Below, in pieces: positions 35,041 through 37,289 of a DNA stretch of 37,289 nt. The notes beneath the pieces are model-generated. The model ran no database searches and had not been told where the DNA came from. It was given only the letters and a program-made list of their open reading frames with translations. Location: IMG/VR virus record IMGVR_UViG_2831971958_000015; one strand, written 5' to 3'. A program made the position numbers and the translations under genes. The stretch comes from an uncultured virus (IMG/VR IMGVR_UViG_2831971958_000015) (taxonomy: Duplodnaviria > Heunggongvirae > Uroviricota > Caudoviricetes). Every line of letters begins with the position of its first letter. Positions within the stretch are counted from its first letter, which is position 1.

Positions 35041-35045
35041 AAAAT
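35017..35045 (+). promoter_or_regulatory. Repressor (lysogenic) promoter
   Basis: TTGAAA-17-TAAAAT overlapping the perfect operator 35022-40. Confidence 0.75.
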
Positions 35046-35067
35046 ACATTAAGGAGGTTGAATGCGT

Positions 35068-35766
35068 ATGGCTGTAAGTGGAGAACGGATAAGACAGCTC
35101 CGGAAAGAGGCTGGACTTACACAAGAAGCTCTTGGGAAAAAATTGGGAGTCATAAAGCAAACTGTAAGCAGCTGGGAGAATGGCATTTCAGAGCCTAACA
35201 GCGAAATTTTATCAAATATGGCTTCCATTTTTAAGATTCCTATCGGGTATTTATACGGGGATGCATCTACCGGTATCGATTATAAGAATTACCAAATGGA
35301 CGCTCCCCAATTTACATTTGAATTCAAAATGAAAATAAGGGATTTGCTGGCAGAAAAAAAGATATCCAAAGACAATTTTGCAGAGATGCTTAATTTTAGC
35401 AAAGAAGAAGCTGACGCTTACCTATATGGCAACCGAATGCCATCCATTGAGGATCTGATCAAAATTGCTGGAGTCCTTAATGTGTCAACAGATTACTTAC
35501 TAGATGTCTCGCACCGAAAACGCATCACAGAGGAAGAAGAAGCACTCCTTCAATCATTCAACCGCTGCGATGATGAATGTAAAAAATATCTCTTAGCAAA
35601 GGCAGGTGTTTTGTGCGTAGAGGGTATCTCGGCAGTTGCAGCTGGCGAATACGGAAAATACGCCGATGAAGAAAAAAATCCCGTCCTTCGAGTGGTACCG
35701 GAGGCATCGGGGCTTAAAAAAAATAGAAATTCACATATACGAAAACTGTGCTTAGAGGGGAAGTGA
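35068..35766 (+). CDS. cI: CI-like repressor with two tandem XRE HTH domains
   Basis: RIRQLRKEAGLTQEALG..VSSWENG and KIRDLL..GNRMPSIEDLIKIA..LNVSTDYLL; alternative start 35062. Confidence 0.82.
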   Translation: MAVSGERIRQLRKEAGLTQEALGKKLGVIKQTVSSWENGISEPNSEILSNMASIFKIPIGYLYGDASTGIDYKNYQMDAPQFTFEFKMKIRDLLAEKKISKDNFAEMLNFSKEEADAYLYGNRMPSIEDLIKIAGVLNVSTDYLLDVSHRKRITEEEEALLQSFNRCDDECKKYLLAKAGVLCVEGISAVAAGEYGKYADEEKNPVLRVVPEASGLKKNRNSHIRKLCLEGK

Positions 35767-35771
35767 ACATT

Positions 35772-36146
35772 ATGAGAAAATACATCTTCATACTGCTTTG
35801 TTTTATTATGCTTTTCCTATCCGCATGCGGAACTTCAAAAAAAGATAGCGTTCCAAGCGACAAGGCCGTTTCCTGTGCAAATAAAGCAATCGAAACAGCA
35901 GAGAAATACCTATCCTATGAACTCAATTATAAGGAAGCCAAAGAAATAATAGATGACTTACAATCAGATATGGAATACGTGAGCGATCTTTCCACGGAGG
36001 ATCCGAATTATTTTCCGGATTCTAATATTCACACTGCTATCATGGGATTGTCAATCCACCTTATAGATGATAATTTCAAAGGCTCCGATGAAACATATTC
36101 TAAAATTCAGGATGATATAGAGGAATTGAAAAAACTGATAGATTGA
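35772..36146 (+). CDS. Lipoprotein in lysogeny module (candidate superinfection exclusion)
   Basis: MRKYIFILLCFIMLFLSAC lipobox; between repressor and integrase. Confidence 0.7.
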   Translation: MRKYIFILLCFIMLFLSACGTSKKDSVPSDKAVSCANKAIETAEKYLSYELNYKEAKEIIDDLQSDMEYVSDLSTEDPNYFPDSNIHTAIMGLSIHLIDDNFKGSDETYSKIQDDIEELKKLID

Positions 36147-36182
36147 TATGTAGGTACTTTTCCCAGGAAGGAGGAAGCTGCC

Positions 36183-37289
36183 GTGCCGGCCTATAAGTAC
36201 ACCTTAAAAGACGGAAAAACCACACGCTGGTATGCCAACTTCTACTTCACGGACTGGACCGGCGAAAAGAAGCATATCTGCAAACGGGGCTTTAAGACGC
36301 AGCGCGAGGCCAAAGAGTATGAGCGCTCATTCCTGGATCAGCAGAACAATACCAGCGATATCCTCTTTTCCTCCCTGGTGGAGAACTATCTGGAGGACAT
36401 GTCGCACCGGTTGAAGCCTACCACAATGGAAAATAAGCGGTTCATCATAAAAGGAAAGCTGCTCCCCTACTTCGGGAATCTGAAGGTATGCGATATTGAC
36501 ACCATCAAGGTCCGAAAATGGCAGAACGAATTGATATCCTACCGGGATGAAGCCGGGAACCCCTTTTCCCAGACATATCTCAAGACTGTTAACAATCAGC
36601 TGTCCGCCATCATGAATTATGCCGTGGCCCATTACCGGCTCTCCGCTAATCCGTGCCGGGCCGCCGGCAGCATGGGGAAGAGCCGAGCCGAGGAAATGAA
36701 TATATGGACACAGGCACAGTACGAGCAGTTCTCCGCCGCCATACAAAAATCCTCTGTAAAGCTGGCCTTTGATGTGCTCTTTTACACCGGAATGCGGTCC
36801 GGGGAGCTGCTGGCCCTTACCCCTGCAGACATCCTCCCTTCAAAACGGATTGATATCAATAAAAATTATGCAAAAGTAAATGGGGAAGAATTATTCCTGG
36901 AGCCGAAAACGCCCAAGGCTAAAAGGTGTATATCCATACCCGATTTTCTATACGATGATATTCAGGAATACATGGCAAAGCTCTATGGGATTGAACAGGG
37001 GGACCGGATATTCTATTTCACAAAATCTGCCCTGGATAAAGAGATAAAGCGGATCGCCGCCAAAGTGGGGCTGCCAATTATAAGAGTCCACGATCTGAGG
37101 CACTCACATGCCAGTATGCTGATTGAAATGGGTTTTGCCCCATTGGAGATTGCGGACCGGCTGGGGCATGAATCCGTGAAGACCACACTGGATACCTATT
37201 CCCACCTTTACCCGGACAAGGATCAGCAGCTGGCAAATCGGCTCAATCAGTTCCGGCGAGCGGCGCCGCCGACAGAAGAAAATTCTTGA
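36183..37289 (+). CDS. int: Tyrosine recombinase / phage integrase
   Basis: N-terminal arm-binding KRGFKTQREA; TGMRSGE, KT, HDLRHSHAS, RLGH, TYSHLY. Confidence 0.96.
   Translation: MPAYKYTLKDGKTTRWYANFYFTDWTGEKKHICKRGFKTQREAKEYERSFLDQQNNTSDILFSSLVENYLEDMSHRLKPTTMENKRFIIKGKLLPYFGNLKVCDIDTIKVRKWQNELISYRDEAGNPFSQTYLKTVNNQLSAIMNYAVAHYRLSANPCRAAGSMGKSRAEEMNIWTQAQYEQFSAAIQKSSVKLAFDVLFYTGMRSGELLALTPADILPSKRIDINKNYAKVNGEELFLEPKTPKAKRCISIPDFLYDDIQEYMAKLYGIEQGDRIFYFTKSALDKEIKRIAAKVGLPIIRVHDLRHSHASMLIEMGFAPLEIADRLGHESVKTTLDTYSHLYPDKDQQLANRLNQFRRAAPPTEENS

Larger units (their letters stand above)
1..37289. mobile_element. Temperate phage/prophage segment (integrase end through head-morphogenesis genes; capsid/tail/lysis genes lie beyond position 1)
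   Basis: Canonical order int-repressor | cro-early/replication-late regulator-terS-terL-portal-MuF. No att site visible because the window ends at the integrase stop. Confidence 0.96.

Noticed and set aside
35671..35717. Programmed -1 frameshift at A-AAA-AAT giving a shorter repressor tail
   Set aside because: A slippery-like heptamer exists, but there is no clear stimulatory structure and the zero frame ends neatly before the next gene; unsupported without homologue alignment
36147..37289. attP/attL core site
   Set aside because: The window ends at the integrase stop, so no flanking sequence is available to identify it

Overview
The whole window is part of a temperate phage (prophage) of Bacillota type. 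RBS style and gene families suggest a Clostridia/Lachnospiraceae host (inference). Right to left it contains: a tyrosine integrase, a lipoprotein and a double-HTH repressor on +; a cI/cro-type switch with five AGTCCA-N7-TGGACT operators; and a long minus-strand early operon (SleB-like hydrolase, Mre11/SbcD-Rad50/SbcC fusion, initiator, G39P-like loader, N6-MTase-like protein, PcfK/PcfJ, DUF5131, RecU, a phage DnaN clamp, an amber-broken Dam-like MTase, MmcB-like and ASCH genes). These are followed by a late regulator and late promoter, a five-gene cassette, TerS, TerL, portal, and a MuF head protein carrying an EndoU toxin with its immunity gene. The cassette encodes a Na+/solute symporter, two PP-loop PAPS-reductase-fold enzymes and two ParB-fold proteins. 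It is the best candidate for an undescribed system, possibly substrate import plus packaging-coupled DNA modification. Other notable signals: two ectopic copies of the 10-bp iteron array, antisense promoter-terminator micro-units, and several clamp-binding motifs alongside the phage clamp. All family calls come from reading motifs, not database searches. Start codons were refined by RBS inspection.
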